Source: Oscillospiraceae bacterium
GTDB taxonomy: Bacteria; Bacillota; Clostridia; UMGS1883; UMGS1540
Assembly (NCBI GenBank): GCA_015068765.1
Contig: SVJY01000005.1
Location: forward strand, 1,968-65,967
Reading direction: 5' to 3'
Length of the DNA stretch: 64,000 bases
Made by a program: the position numbers and the translations under genes. Shown here one piece after another: positions 9,721-19,123 of this stretch (position 1 is the stretch's first letter; each line of letters starts with the position of its first letter). The notes beneath the pieces were generated by a model. The model had not been told where the DNA came from, searched no databases, and was given only the letters and a program-made list of their open reading frames with translations.

Positions 9721-10566
9721 ATGCAGACTATGTTTATTGATTTACACACACATTCGGTAAAAAGTGACGGCGGTATGCAGCCGAGAGAAGTGGTGGACAC
9801 AGCGAAGAATGCCGGTCTTGCCGCCATTTCGCTGACCGACCACGATGTGATTGACGGCGTTCGGGAGGCAATGGCACGAGGGGCAGAGGTCGGTATGGAA
9901 GTAATTCCCGGTATTGAGCTTTCGGCAAAGTTCAAAACCGAAACCCATGTGCTTGGGTATTTTATCGATCTGGATAATCCCGGCTTTCTGGAAAAGCTGG
10001 AGGAAATTAAGCGTGTCCGTATGCAGCGGAACTACGATACGGCGGAAAATCTCCGGAAAATCGGTTTTCCGGTAACGGTGGAGGATGCGATGGAGCTTGC
10101 TCCCAACGGCATTGTCGGTCGTGCCCATTTTGCCAGAGTGATGGCAAACCGGGGCTACGTTTCCTCCGTCAAAGAAGCCTTCGATTTGTATCTTGCCAAC
10201 GGAAAGCCCGGCTATTCCACCCTGCAGCTCCTCACACCGCGGGATGCGGTAGAGCTCATCAAAAGTGCAGGCGGCATGGCATTTTTAGCCCATCTGCATC
10301 TGACCCGTCTGGAGGGGCAGGAGCTTTATGACTTTGTGGCAGAGCTAAAGGATGCCGGCATGGACGGCATTGAAGGCTATTACACCGAATATACCCCGGA
10401 AATGGAAGCGGAATATCAGGCTCTCGCCAAGAGGCTGGATTTACTGATTTCCGGCGGCACGGATTTCCACGGTGCCATGAAGCCGCATATTGCAATCGGT
10501 AAGGGACTCGGCAATCTTGCCATTCCTTACAGCATTCTGGAACAGATGAAGGAATGCAGAAAATAG
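9721..10566 (+). CDS. PHP-domain phosphoesterase (TrpH/YciV-like)
   Basis: 281 aa. The N-terminal DLHTHSVKSDG...ISLTDHD metal-binding motifs are characteristic of the PHP fold. Confidence 0.85.
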   Translation: MQTMFIDLHTHSVKSDGGMQPREVVDTAKNAGLAAISLTDHDVIDGVREAMARGAEVGMEVIPGIELSAKFKTETHVLGYFIDLDNPGFLEKLEEIKRVRMQRNYDTAENLRKIGFPVTVEDAMELAPNGIVGRAHFARVMANRGYVSSVKEAFDLYLANGKPGYSTLQLLTPRDAVELIKSAGGMAFLAHLHLTRLEGQELYDFVAELKDAGMDGIEGYYTEYTPEMEAEYQALAKRLDLLISGGTDFHGAMKPHIAIGKGLGNLAIPYSILEQMKECRK

Positions 10567-10576
10567 GGGAATTATT

Positions 10577-11341
10577 ATGAAAATACTTTTTTTCGGCGAT
10601 ATTGTAGGCCGTCCCGGACGGGAGGCGATACTCGAAAACCTGCATAACCTCCGGCTTCGGTATCAGGCAGACGTCTGCATTGCAAACTGCGAAAATGCCG
10701 CCGGCGGCTTCGGCATTACCCGGGAACATGCCGGGACGCTGCTTCGTGCCGGCGTGGATTTGTTTACCACCGGCAACCATGTCTGGTCTAAAAAGGAAGT
10801 AGTCGCCTTGATGGAGGATATGCCCATTTTGCGGCCCCACAACCTGCCGGGGCGTGACCCGGGCACAGGGGTGGGCTTTTTTACCACCGACAGAGGCGAA
10901 AAGCTTGCTGTTATCAACCTTGTGGGCAGGGTGTATATGGATATGCCTGCCTCCAGCCCCTTTGAAACGCTCGACAATATACTGAAAACGCTGGATACGC
11001 CTCATATCCTGGTGGACTTTCACGCCGAGGCAACCAGCGAAAAGAAAGCCCTTGGTTTTTATGCGGACGGTCGTGTCAGTGCTGTGCTGGGTACGCACAC
11101 CCATGTGCAGACGGCGGATGAGCAGATTCTGCCCGGCGGCACCGCATATATTTCGGATGTGGGCATGTGCGGTGCACTCCACTCCGTTCTGGGTGTGGAT
11201 GTGGAAATTGCGGTACAGCGTTTCACCTCTTCTGTACGGCGGAGCTATGCCGTGGCACACGGTGCCCATGAAGCGTCCGCTGTGTTAATTGAAACCAACG
11301 ACGCCGGAAGAGCCGTTAGAATTGAACGGATACAGGCTTGA
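10577..11341 (+). CDS. ymdB: YmdB-like (TIGR00282) metallophosphoesterase, 2',3'-cyclic-nucleotide phosphodiesterase family
   Basis: 254 aa. MKILFFGDIVGRPGR...ANCENAAGGFGIT...TTGNHVW is the typical YmdB signature. Confidence 0.9.
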   Translation: MKILFFGDIVGRPGREAILENLHNLRLRYQADVCIANCENAAGGFGITREHAGTLLRAGVDLFTTGNHVWSKKEVVALMEDMPILRPHNLPGRDPGTGVGFFTTDRGEKLAVINLVGRVYMDMPASSPFETLDNILKTLDTPHILVDFHAEATSEKKALGFYADGRVSAVLGTHTHVQTADEQILPGGTAYISDVGMCGALHSVLGVDVEIAVQRFTSSVRRSYAVAHGAHEASAVLIETNDAGRAVRIERIQA

Positions 11342-11371
11342 GATTGGGGATGTAAAAAATGTCCAGACCGC

Positions 11372-11442
11372 AAAACGATTTCGTAAAATATACCTTCGTT
11401 TTTCGATATCTGCCAGCGTGTCGTCTTTATCGACACGCTGAG
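11372..11442 (+). repeat. 71-bp direct repeat, copy 1 (contains a 10-bp-stem hairpin at 11414-11440)
   Basis: AAAACGATTTCGTAAAATATACCTTCGTTTTTCGATATCTGCCAGCGTGTCGTCTTTATCGACACGCTGAG is identical by eye to 11632-11702. Confidence 0.85.
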
Positions 11443-11467
11443 AAAACCCCGGGAGGGGTTTTCTCAG
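11438..11467 (+). terminator. Perfect 13-bp-stem hairpin abutting repeat copy 1
   Basis: CTGAGAAAACCCC-GGGA-GGGGTTTTCTCAG. No clean T-run follows the stem, so its terminator function is uncertain. Confidence 0.4.
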
Positions 11468-11550
11468 ACTGTCGAAAAACTTGCTCTACCGCAAGAATAT
11501 TTTTATAAACACTTTTTATTCAATTATAAATCTTAAGTATTTTAAATTTT

Positions 11551-11586
11551 AAAAACGGAGATTCATCGAGAATCCCCGTTTTTTCT
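11551..11586. terminator. Bidirectional terminator-like hairpin flanked by A5/T6 runs
   Basis: AAAAACGGAGATTC-ATCGA-GAATCCCCGTTTTTT, with one mismatch in the stem. Confidence 0.45.
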
Positions 11587-11631
11587 TGCTTTTTACGAAA
11601 TCGTTCTCTGGCGTACCATCGTACGCCGACG

Positions 11632-11702
11632 AAAACGATTTCGTAAAATATACCTTCGTTTTTCGATATCTGCCAGCGTGTCGTCTTTATCGACACGCTG
11701 AG
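11632..11702 (+). repeat. 71-bp direct repeat, copy 2; its 5' end is paired with an upstream inverted copy (nested hairpin 11591-11648)
   Basis: Identical to copy 1. TTTTACGAAATCGTT (11591-11605) is the perfect reverse complement of 11634-11648 and encloses GGCGTAC-CATC-GTACGCC (11610-11627). Confidence 0.85.
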
Positions 11703-11730
11703 GTTGCAAACGATACGTTTGCAACCTTTT
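11701..11730 (+). terminator. Rho-independent terminator abutting repeat copy 2
   Basis: AGGTTGCAAACG-ATA-CGTTTGCAACCT followed by TTTTAAATTT. It lies 10 nt from the stop of the convergent 1013-aa gene and may act in both directions. Confidence 0.6.
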
Positions 11731-11739
11731 AAATTTAAT

Positions 11740-14700
11740 TTACCGAATTTCCACTTTGGGCGCAGACAGTATGCCAAACGGACGAAGCCGATATTCTTCG
11801 CACCATGCCGCATCCTTTGTACGCCATGCCATTGGGTCGCAAAGCAGTTTTTCTTCCGCACGGTGCAGTGGGCCGCATGTATTTTCTCTTGTGCCTAAAA
11901 GCTCCGCTTCGATGCTATGCTTTCCTGCCGCCACTTTTCCGATGGGCACACGGTAAGGCGGATACGCAATGATGCCGCTTTCTTTTCCATCTACATAAAC
12001 GCGGACTGCCGCACCTTCAAAATGGGTACAACTTAGTGTGGCATCGCCTTCCTCCTGCACTGCAAACTCTGCTTTGTAACGGATGTTACCGCCATAATGC
12101 GCAAAGCCTTGATTGGTAAGGGAGGCAAAGCCTATCTTTTTCGCCATGGGCACGAGCGTGCGGTACGTACCGCATACGGTGACACCGAAATTGCCGAGGA
12201 GATACATCCATTCCAAAAGGTCGTGCTTATCCATAATGCGATGCACTTCTATGACTGTTTTTCCCTTTCCGAGAGTCGGCAACTGTACCTTGCGGATTTT
12301 CCTGTCCATATAATAGCCACAGTCTGCATTCTCCATTTTCTTGCCATCCACCCAAATTTCCGATTTTTCAATATGCTCCAGTGCAAGGCATACCCCCGTA
12401 ATTTCCGTTTCGCTCTCTATGGAGAAACGAAGCGTAATTTTGTGTGGCACCCACGTATCCTTTCGTGCATAGGGCTGTACATCTCTGTCGCTGATGACAT
12501 CCTGCCATCCGAAATGCGCACGTACCGCATCCGTGATACGGAGCATTTCCGTTTCTTCGTTCCATGCGCCGTCCTCTATGCGCCACTCCGCTTTGTCCAG
12601 TACCAAAACGTTTGGTTCCTCGGTGGCATAGGATACCTTTGGCGGAAACGAGAAGGTTTCTTTTACCGCTTTTTCTGCCGGACAGGCTGCTATCTCAGGT
12701 TGTTTTGTCCAGCGTATCAAAAGACTGTCCGTGGGATAGACTTCTTTTTCAAAGGTCGTCCACTCCCCTTGCGTGGTATAAGGCAGACTGTGTTTTTCTC
12801 CCGTAAGCGTATCATACAGCGTGGGTACAAAGTCACCACGGAAGCGGACGGTTATTTTTTCCGTCTGCAAACTTTTCTCTGTATCACACCCGTTTGCAAT
12901 AAACATCCACCAGCCATCTTCACATTTCCGAAGTGTCGTAAGATAGTTTTCCGCTTGCATACCTTCCGGGATATAGTGTTTCTTTTTATGTCTTATATCT
13001 ATCATCCGCACGCTTTCACATGCGGATAAAACAGCATCCTTCGTCAGCGGCACATGACAAGAAACCGAAAAATCGGCTTTTTCCGTGTTTCCTCCGGCAT
13101 AACGGGGCATATCGCCTGCCACAACGACGCGACCGCCCGCAGCAGTAAAGGCACGGAGAATTTCCGCTGTGCTTTCTCTGACCGTCTCACATCCGGCGAC
13201 CAATATCGTATCATACTGCATTTCCCCGAAAGCTTTGCCGTCCCATATTTCCGGCATAAGAGATTCCGAAAGATAATCGAAATCCAGTTGTCCGAACAAA
13301 AGCCAGTCGGCAATATTTTCAAAATTTTCGTCTGTGCGTTTCCGTCCTCGTGTGGCTTCATCATCCGGCCCGAAATATTGCCACATGGTTTCCACGGGAT
13401 GGATGACCGCAATCCGCACGTAAGGCTTGCCGGACATAAGCGCCGTATTCAGTCGTGCGAAATGGTCCTCCACAGCGGGAAACGCCGTGTGCCATGGAGA
13501 CTGATAGCCGATGGAAGCCGGGTAATCCCGTTTTCCTTCATCCTGCATGGTGTACATGGTCAGATGGGGTACACGATGCGTCACGCCCAGTGCCGCCTGC
13601 CAGTCCCCGTTTTTCCGATAAGAAAGGAAGTCCCTTCCCCACCATGAGCCGCCGTACAGTTCACTTAAAACGCCCTCTTTTCCATACTGATGAGTCACAG
13701 ACGCCGCCTGCTTTATGCTTGTATACTCCCGGGCATCAAACAGAATGTCTACACCGGGGATTCCCATACTGCGGTATTGCCGCATCAAATCCATACTAGA
13801 CCCACATTGGGACGAAAGCGGATATTCATTATGAAAATGTCCCGTTAAACGGAGATTATTTTCCACACACCATGCACCGAGCTTTCCGCTGAAATTCCGG
13901 GCAAACAGTTCTGCCAAAAGGTCATAAAAACGGTACCGTATCTGTTCGGAACGTGCATCTGTTCCTCTGTAGAACAGTGCGGGAAGTTCGGACAAAATAT
14001 CCTCGCCATACGCTTTTTTATATGCCTGTGGCAATACCGGTGACCAGTGCAGATTGTACGGGCACTCCGGTCCCACATCAAACCATCCCTGATGGGGGAT
14101 TGTGGTTTCATCCGTAAAAACAGTCGGTATAATGCCGCCAAACCAATCGCCCACCGTTTTTTTATATTTTTCATGTGTCAGCGCAATAAAAGTATCTACC
14201 GCTTCGGGGCAAAGGGAATCTACACTTCTTTCGTTATTCACCCACGGAATCTTTGGATTACACAACGTATATAAGTACACTTTTTTATGTTCTGCTTTTT
14301 CCCCATGGGTAATACACCGATACGAAAGTAGTCTGTTTTCCGCATCTAACTGTATATCGTATATACCAAGAAGATACGGTGCGCCTGTCCGGATTGCTTC
14401 CAATTCGGGCTTTGCTTCCTCCATTGCCTCATCCTTCATTGTCATAAAACGCGCGGCAAACTCAGGATTTTTCGTCACAGCGCCACCGGCATAGCCGGAC
14501 GGGCAACGATCCTCGTCATACACGCAGGCATACATGCCCTCTTTTTCTGCTTTCTCCACCGCCGTCTTTATATGACCCAAAAAAGCTTCGCCCATATATT
14601 CTTCCGTAAGTCCCAGTCTTGCGTGCATATAAAACCCGCCAAAGCCCATTTTTTTCAGCTCATCAATCTGTGTGCACAGTTCTGCATCTTTCAGCTCGCC

Positions 14701-14781
14701 GTTCCATGCCCAAAATGGCATGCTGCGGTATTTACCAGGGGGAGATAAAAATTCTTGTTCGTTAAAAATTTTTGCTTCCAT
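11740..14781 (-). CDS. Large cytoplasmic glycoside-hydrolase-like protein, family not assigned
   Basis: 1013 aa with no signal peptide and an AGGAGG RBS. The N-terminal motif YRSMPFWAWNGEL...MGFGGFYMHAR resembles the N-termini of large GH-like jelly-roll/TIM proteins such as GH106-type ones. I cannot confirm the family. Confidence 0.5.
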   Translation of the reverse strand: MEAKIFNEQEFLSPPGKYRSMPFWAWNGELKDAELCTQIDELKKMGFGGFYMHARLGLTEEYMGEAFLGHIKTAVEKAEKEGMYACVYDEDRCPSGYAGGAVTKNPEFAARFMTMKDEAMEEAKPELEAIRTGAPYLLGIYDIQLDAENRLLSYRCITHGEKAEHKKVYLYTLCNPKIPWVNNERSVDSLCPEAVDTFIALTHEKYKKTVGDWFGGIIPTVFTDETTIPHQGWFDVGPECPYNLHWSPVLPQAYKKAYGEDILSELPALFYRGTDARSEQIRYRFYDLLAELFARNFSGKLGAWCVENNLRLTGHFHNEYPLSSQCGSSMDLMRQYRSMGIPGVDILFDAREYTSIKQAASVTHQYGKEGVLSELYGGSWWGRDFLSYRKNGDWQAALGVTHRVPHLTMYTMQDEGKRDYPASIGYQSPWHTAFPAVEDHFARLNTALMSGKPYVRIAVIHPVETMWQYFGPDDEATRGRKRTDENFENIADWLLFGQLDFDYLSESLMPEIWDGKAFGEMQYDTILVAGCETVRESTAEILRAFTAAGGRVVVAGDMPRYAGGNTEKADFSVSCHVPLTKDAVLSACESVRMIDIRHKKKHYIPEGMQAENYLTTLRKCEDGWWMFIANGCDTEKSLQTEKITVRFRGDFVPTLYDTLTGEKHSLPYTTQGEWTTFEKEVYPTDSLLIRWTKQPEIAACPAEKAVKETFSFPPKVSYATEEPNVLVLDKAEWRIEDGAWNEETEMLRITDAVRAHFGWQDVISDRDVQPYARKDTWVPHKITLRFSIESETEITGVCLALEHIEKSEIWVDGKKMENADCGYYMDRKIRKVQLPTLGKGKTVIEVHRIMDKHDLLEWMYLLGNFGVTVCGTYRTLVPMAKKIGFASLTNQGFAHYGGNIRYKAEFAVQEEGDATLSCTHFEGAAVRVYVDGKESGIIAYPPYRVPIGKVAAGKHSIEAELLGTRENTCGPLHRAEEKLLCDPMAWRTKDAAWCEEYRLRPFGILSAPKVEIR

Positions 14782-14807
14782 TTGCGTTGCCTCCTTTAAA
14801 GAACCGC

Positions 14808-15827
14808 TTATAATGCATCTACAAAATAGGCATTGGTGCAGGCGTGTTTTCCTGCCTTATCTACCACCGTCAGACGAAAATAACGAACCCCTTCCGGCAC
14901 CTCAAATTCTGCCTTTCTGACAGGTACGCCGTTTTCGCTGTATGCGCGTCCCCTATGTCGAATGTCAAAGATACAAAATACGCTTTGCGCATCCGAGCAT
15001 TCTATATGCACCTTTCCGTCTTCATACCAAAGTGCTGTGATTTCTGGTCCCATAGACGTATAGAAATCGCCGTTTTCCAGTGCTTTTGTAATCGTTCGGT
15101 ACGAAAGATTTTCTGCTTTTATCATCGTGTAGGCTACACCTTGATCACATTTAGGGTCATCCGTCGGCCAGGCGTTATGATTATCGTCTCCGGCAACGCA
15201 GAAAATCCGTTTTCCGCCCCGAAGCATATCGTCATACACCCGCGGGTTATATTCCTCATACCCCAGTGCCGTGGAAGCGCCGTTGAACATTTCCATAGCG
15301 TGCATCCCCGTATATCCCATATATTGTTCGTAATTTTCCTGCGACCAGGTGGGATGGTTATAGGTTACGAAAAAGCCTCTTCCCCGTGCAATCTCTATCA
15401 TTTTGTTGACATTTTCGCAGGAATATTCTCTCTCAAAAGGACTGGAAGAAGCATCAACCTTGACCTTATCACGATTTTCCTTTGCATTGTCTATATACGC
15501 ATACTTTTCATGCCAGCAGGGTTGCTCATCCATGTCGGGTGACAATGCGATAAAGCATATGTGGCAAGTCTTTTCCCAAGCCGAGGGGTGATGATCGAAT
15601 TCATTGAATTCTGCTTCAAAACCTGTCAATGCCAAAAAATTTTCGTCCGTTAATTCGTGATGGGGAATCATAATATCATGGTCTGTGTAGGCAATAATGC
15701 TGTAGCCGAGCTTTTTATAGATTTCTTTTAGCTCTGCCGGTGTCTTTCTGCCGTCTGTCAGTATGGAATGACAATGGAGGTTTGCTTTATAAAATTGTCC
15801 GCCCGAAGGTAATAAATATTTTTTCAT
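14808..15827 (-). CDS. PHP-domain metallo-phosphoesterase (CehA/McbA-like)
   Basis: 339 aa. Carries ANLHCHSILTDG...IAYTDHD and later NHPTW and GDDNHN motifs. Confidence 0.8.
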   Translation of the reverse strand: MKKYLLPSGGQFYKANLHCHSILTDGRKTPAELKEIYKKLGYSIIAYTDHDIMIPHHELTDENFLALTGFEAEFNEFDHHPSAWEKTCHICFIALSPDMDEQPCWHEKYAYIDNAKENRDKVKVDASSSPFEREYSCENVNKMIEIARGRGFFVTYNHPTWSQENYEQYMGYTGMHAMEMFNGASTALGYEEYNPRVYDDMLRGGKRIFCVAGDDNHNAWPTDDPKCDQGVAYTMIKAENLSYRTITKALENGDFYTSMGPEITALWYEDGKVHIECSDAQSVFCIFDIRHRGRAYSENGVPVRKAEFEVPEGVRYFRLTVVDKAGKHACTNAYFVDAL

Positions 15828-15846
15828 ATAAATTCCTATCCCTGTC

Positions 15847-18036
15847 TTAGAACGCTATCATGACAGCAGACAGCGGTGCAACCGTAATCTGTTCACCCGG
15901 TAATATTTTTCGTGTTTCCTTTCCGTCCGGTGTTACAATCAGGGTGCATGCCTTATCATACGCAATACGGAAGCTCTTTTCTTCTTTCTGGAAGTTTACG
16001 AAAATCTGGGCACGCGTGCCGTCGGATGCTTCCCAGTTTGTATGCAGGATGGCAGGATATTCTATGATTGTATCATCTCTTCTGAGAAGCTCGTATACTT
16101 CCGCATCCAACACTTTGACGGGCTTTTGCATTCTACCCGAATAGAGATATGGCTTTCCAAAACTACGTCGCCAGTCATTCAGGTTTTTAACAAGTGTTAT
16201 AATCTCTTTCTGATCCGGCACGCCTTCTTCATCCATAATATGCCCCCATCCCCAGGAAATTTGTCCGTCATGGGTCAGTACAAGACTAATCATGTTCCCG
16301 CTTATGAAGCAGCTTGCTATGCGGAAAGCAAGATTGGAAGGGTTATCAAGGGTATTCAGTGCCCAATACGTACCGTCCTGATTTCCCGAAAAATTATTCA
16401 GATATTCGTGATATAAATATCCATAGGCAGGCACAACCTTGCCATAATAGAACTGCGAATTTGCACGGCTGTCGCTGAATTTCAAATATTCAATAAAAGG
16501 CTCTGCCGCCCCCTCTTCGCATCCCAGCATCATCTGACTGCCTTTTTCCCGGATTTCGCTTTGTAGACGTTTATAAAGCGCCACCATATCGTCTCGCATC
16601 CACTTACCGGGAACAGGGGCATGTCCGTGGGCATCCGAATAGCAAAGACACCCAAGTCCCCCTAAGTTCTGGTCAAAATACTGGGCATAATCACAGCCGA
16701 TGTCACAGATGTGCCCGATTTCCTCGGAAACAATATCCTTAATTTGCTCGTTATGGGTGCAGACATCTACGCTGTACCGAATCGAAGAGCCTATAATTTG
16801 GGACTGTTCAATCGTACCTGCGGCAGTACGGCAGGCAATATCTTCGATATGTAGTTCCTCATATTCCCTTGTTGCCCGCTCATTATAGGAGGGGTCCAGC
16901 GTAGACTCTTTCGTCCAGCCGATGCCACTTGCATAAACGCCAATCAAATTCCCCTTTGCGTGCAGATGGTCTACGTATTTTTTAAATTCCTCTTCTCCGC
17001 CGTAAGGAGGCCATACCTTCGGCGGTGCCCAGGGCGCCGTCCCCTCCCAGTGCATCAGAAGCGCCATCACCTTGCAGCCGAGCACTTCCGAAAGTGCATC
17101 CACATGTTTTGCACCGTTCATATACGGGAACATGCTGTTCGGCTCCATATCACCCGTATCTTTCGATCCACGCACAGGGTAAATGAGTACAACCGGTGAT
17201 TCTGCATACCACTCCGGTAAATCCTCATTATCCAAAAGCTTCTTTTCGGGAAGTTCTCCGCTTTCATCCAGCCAGCTTCTGTATATATCCGCCGCATCAT
17301 ACCAATCGCCGCAAAAAGCACCGACTACCATTTCATACTGCATAGAATAGACTTCCTCCTCCGTTCCCGGAAAAAGACGATATTCTATCCGAATGCCTTC
17401 CTCTACGCCGTGAGGCTCTATGGCTTTCAAATTTCCATGGGGATCATGCGCCGCTACATATAATCCTTTTTCATCCATTTCACTGTAGTATGCCATAAAC
17501 TGCATACTTACGGTGTTTGGATATACGCCTGTCCACGCATTTTTCGTCTGATATCCCGTTTCCCTGTACATTGTGCCTTTATATTTTTCACGAAGGGAAA
17601 GGTCTTCTATAAGCCCACCTTCTGTTCCGGGCCAGAAAATAACGTTATCCCCACCATTGCCTTTCAGCTGATAGGGAACAATAATGCTCGGGAAATCCAC
17701 CCATTCCACAGAAAGACCTGTTCCGTTTCGCCATTCCAGCGACCAGTAGGTTTTGGCATCCTCTTTCGGGAACCGTGCCGTTACCGTAACATCTAAATCA
17801 TATCCGCCGACTTTTTGAAAAGTCATAACGATACCCACAGCATGACTTACGACAGATAAAACGGAATCCGAAGAAGACAATCTGTGTTGCTTGCCTCCTT
17901 TTTCGATGAGACATATCGTAAAGAGCGGCATCTCCGCCACCCCTTCTGCTATCATTTCTTTTCCTTTATTTTTAAAGGAGAGTAATTGCCCATACTCACC
18001 AAGTTCCACGCTGTAAAATTGATTGCTAAATATCAT
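15847..18036 (-). CDS. Uncharacterised cytoplasmic protein, probable glycoside-hydrolase-like enzyme
   Basis: About 729-735 aa with no signal peptide. The track ORF starts at 18054. The internal ATG at 18036 (MIFSNQFY) follows a GGGAGAA RBS. Co-oriented and tightly spaced with the PHP gene and the 1013-aa gene. No family recognised by eye. Confidence 0.45.
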   Translation of the reverse strand: MIFSNQFYSVELGEYGQLLSFKNKGKEMIAEGVAEMPLFTICLIEKGGKQHRLSSSDSVLSVVSHAVGIVMTFQKVGGYDLDVTVTARFPKEDAKTYWSLEWRNGTGLSVEWVDFPSIIVPYQLKGNGGDNVIFWPGTEGGLIEDLSLREKYKGTMYRETGYQTKNAWTGVYPNTVSMQFMAYYSEMDEKGLYVAAHDPHGNLKAIEPHGVEEGIRIEYRLFPGTEEEVYSMQYEMVVGAFCGDWYDAADIYRSWLDESGELPEKKLLDNEDLPEWYAESPVVLIYPVRGSKDTGDMEPNSMFPYMNGAKHVDALSEVLGCKVMALLMHWEGTAPWAPPKVWPPYGGEEEFKKYVDHLHAKGNLIGVYASGIGWTKESTLDPSYNERATREYEELHIEDIACRTAAGTIEQSQIIGSSIRYSVDVCTHNEQIKDIVSEEIGHICDIGCDYAQYFDQNLGGLGCLCYSDAHGHAPVPGKWMRDDMVALYKRLQSEIREKGSQMMLGCEEGAAEPFIEYLKFSDSRANSQFYYGKVVPAYGYLYHEYLNNFSGNQDGTYWALNTLDNPSNLAFRIASCFISGNMISLVLTHDGQISWGWGHIMDEEGVPDQKEIITLVKNLNDWRRSFGKPYLYSGRMQKPVKVLDAEVYELLRRDDTIIEYPAILHTNWEASDGTRAQIFVNFQKEEKSFRIAYDKACTLIVTPDGKETRKILPGEQITVAPLSAVMIAF

Positions 18037-18120
18037 ATTCTTCTTTTCTCCCATACTATTTTGTTAGTATATCAAATTTAGAAGTTGTCGTTTTAGTTGA
18101 AACCTTTATATGTCGCACTG

Positions 18121-19077
18121 TCATAAATTTTTCCACAAAAGTGCAGCACCGATGATGCCCGCATCATTACCGAGCTTCGCTATTTGCACTTCAGTCTGTT
18201 TTTTTCCAAAACGGGCAAACGAATAATCTTTTATGTGTTTTCTTATCGGTTTGAGTATTTTCTCCCCAGCATTGCTAACTCCACCACCTATACAGATGAT
18301 TTCCGGCTGAAATATATTAATAATATTTACAATACCTTCGGACAGATAGCGGAGATAATTCTTTATTACAGATTTGGCTGCCTTGTCCGTTGCAATAAAT
18401 GCTGTTTTACCATCCACATTAGAAAGCTTCCCTTTTGCAATCTTCCACATTTCACTTTCGGGATTTTCTTTCATCGCCCTCTTCGTTTGCTTTATAAGTG
18501 CTGTTGCTGATGCATAGGCTTCAAAACATCCTTTTCTTCCGCAGGTGCATTTTTCTCCGTCAAGACATATAACCATGCATCCTATCTCCGCACCTTTTCC
18601 GTATGCTCCTGTAATAAGGTGTCCGTTTTCTATAATACCACTGCCTACTCCTGTACCGAGAGTTATCATTATCATACTTTCAGTACCCTTACCGCTTCCT
18701 GCAAGATATTCACCCCACGCAGCTGCATTGGCATCGTTTTCAATATACACCTTTTTCCCAAGCAATTTTTCCATACGGGCAACTATCGGAACATCATAAA
18801 AATCAAGATTGTTTGCAAATTCCAGTCTTCCGCTTTCTTTGTCTACTGCACCGGGACATCCTATTCCCACCGACACAATCTCGTTAAAATCAATTCCGGT
18901 CTCTCTTGCAGCATCAAAGGCACACTCAGCCATATCATTGAAAATTTCTTCATATGGACGAGGGGCATTTGTTTTTCTTGTACTTCTACCGTATATTACA
19001 CCTTCTTCGTCAACAACGGCAGCAGCTATATTTGTGCCCCCCAGATCTATCCCTAAATAATAATGTGATGGCTTCAT
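18121..19077 (-). CDS. ROK-family sugar kinase (glucokinase-like)
   Basis: 318 aa. Has LGIDLGGTNIAAAVVD (ATP-binding motif) and the ROK Zn-Cys motif CTCGRKGCFEAYAS. Confidence 0.85.
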   Translation of the reverse strand: MKPSHYYLGIDLGGTNIAAAVVDEEGVIYGRSTRKTNAPRPYEEIFNDMAECAFDAARETGIDFNEIVSVGIGCPGAVDKESGRLEFANNLDFYDVPIVARMEKLLGKKVYIENDANAAAWGEYLAGSGKGTESMIMITLGTGVGSGIIENGHLITGAYGKGAEIGCMVICLDGEKCTCGRKGCFEAYASATALIKQTKRAMKENPESEMWKIAKGKLSNVDGKTAFIATDKAAKSVIKNYLRYLSEGIVNIINIFQPEIICIGGGVSNAGEKILKPIRKHIKDYSFARFGKKQTEVQIAKLGNDAGIIGAALLWKNL

Positions 19078-19123
19078 AGTCTTTTCCTCTTAACACAATT
19101 TCAAGCTTATTCACATATTTTTC

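Noticed and set aside
10259-11269. 336-aa minus-strand ORF spanning the PHP/ymdB junction
   Set aside because: It is antisense to two well-supported genes and crosses their intergenic gap. Its Arg/Pro/His-rich composition is typical of a GC-skewed shadow frame.
11372-11702. Possible CRISPR array or IS inverted repeats
   Set aside because: There are only two copies, in direct orientation, each 71 bp long and separated by 189 bp of structured spacer. No cas or transposase gene is adjacent. This does not fit CRISPR or IS geometry.
11245-11861. 63-aa and 113-aa minus-strand ORFs sharing the peptide SIKTTRWQISKNEGIFYEIV
   Set aside because: The shared peptide is simply the translation of the 71-bp DNA repeat. 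The ORFs cross terminator hairpins and have no RBS, so the conservation is at DNA/RNA level and not at protein level.
12097-13647. 310-aa and 197-aa plus-strand ORFs inside the 1013-aa GH-like gene
   Set aside because: They are antisense shadow ORFs with no RBS and junk-like composition. The minus-strand ORF is uninterrupted for 3 kb and has an AGGAGG RBS.
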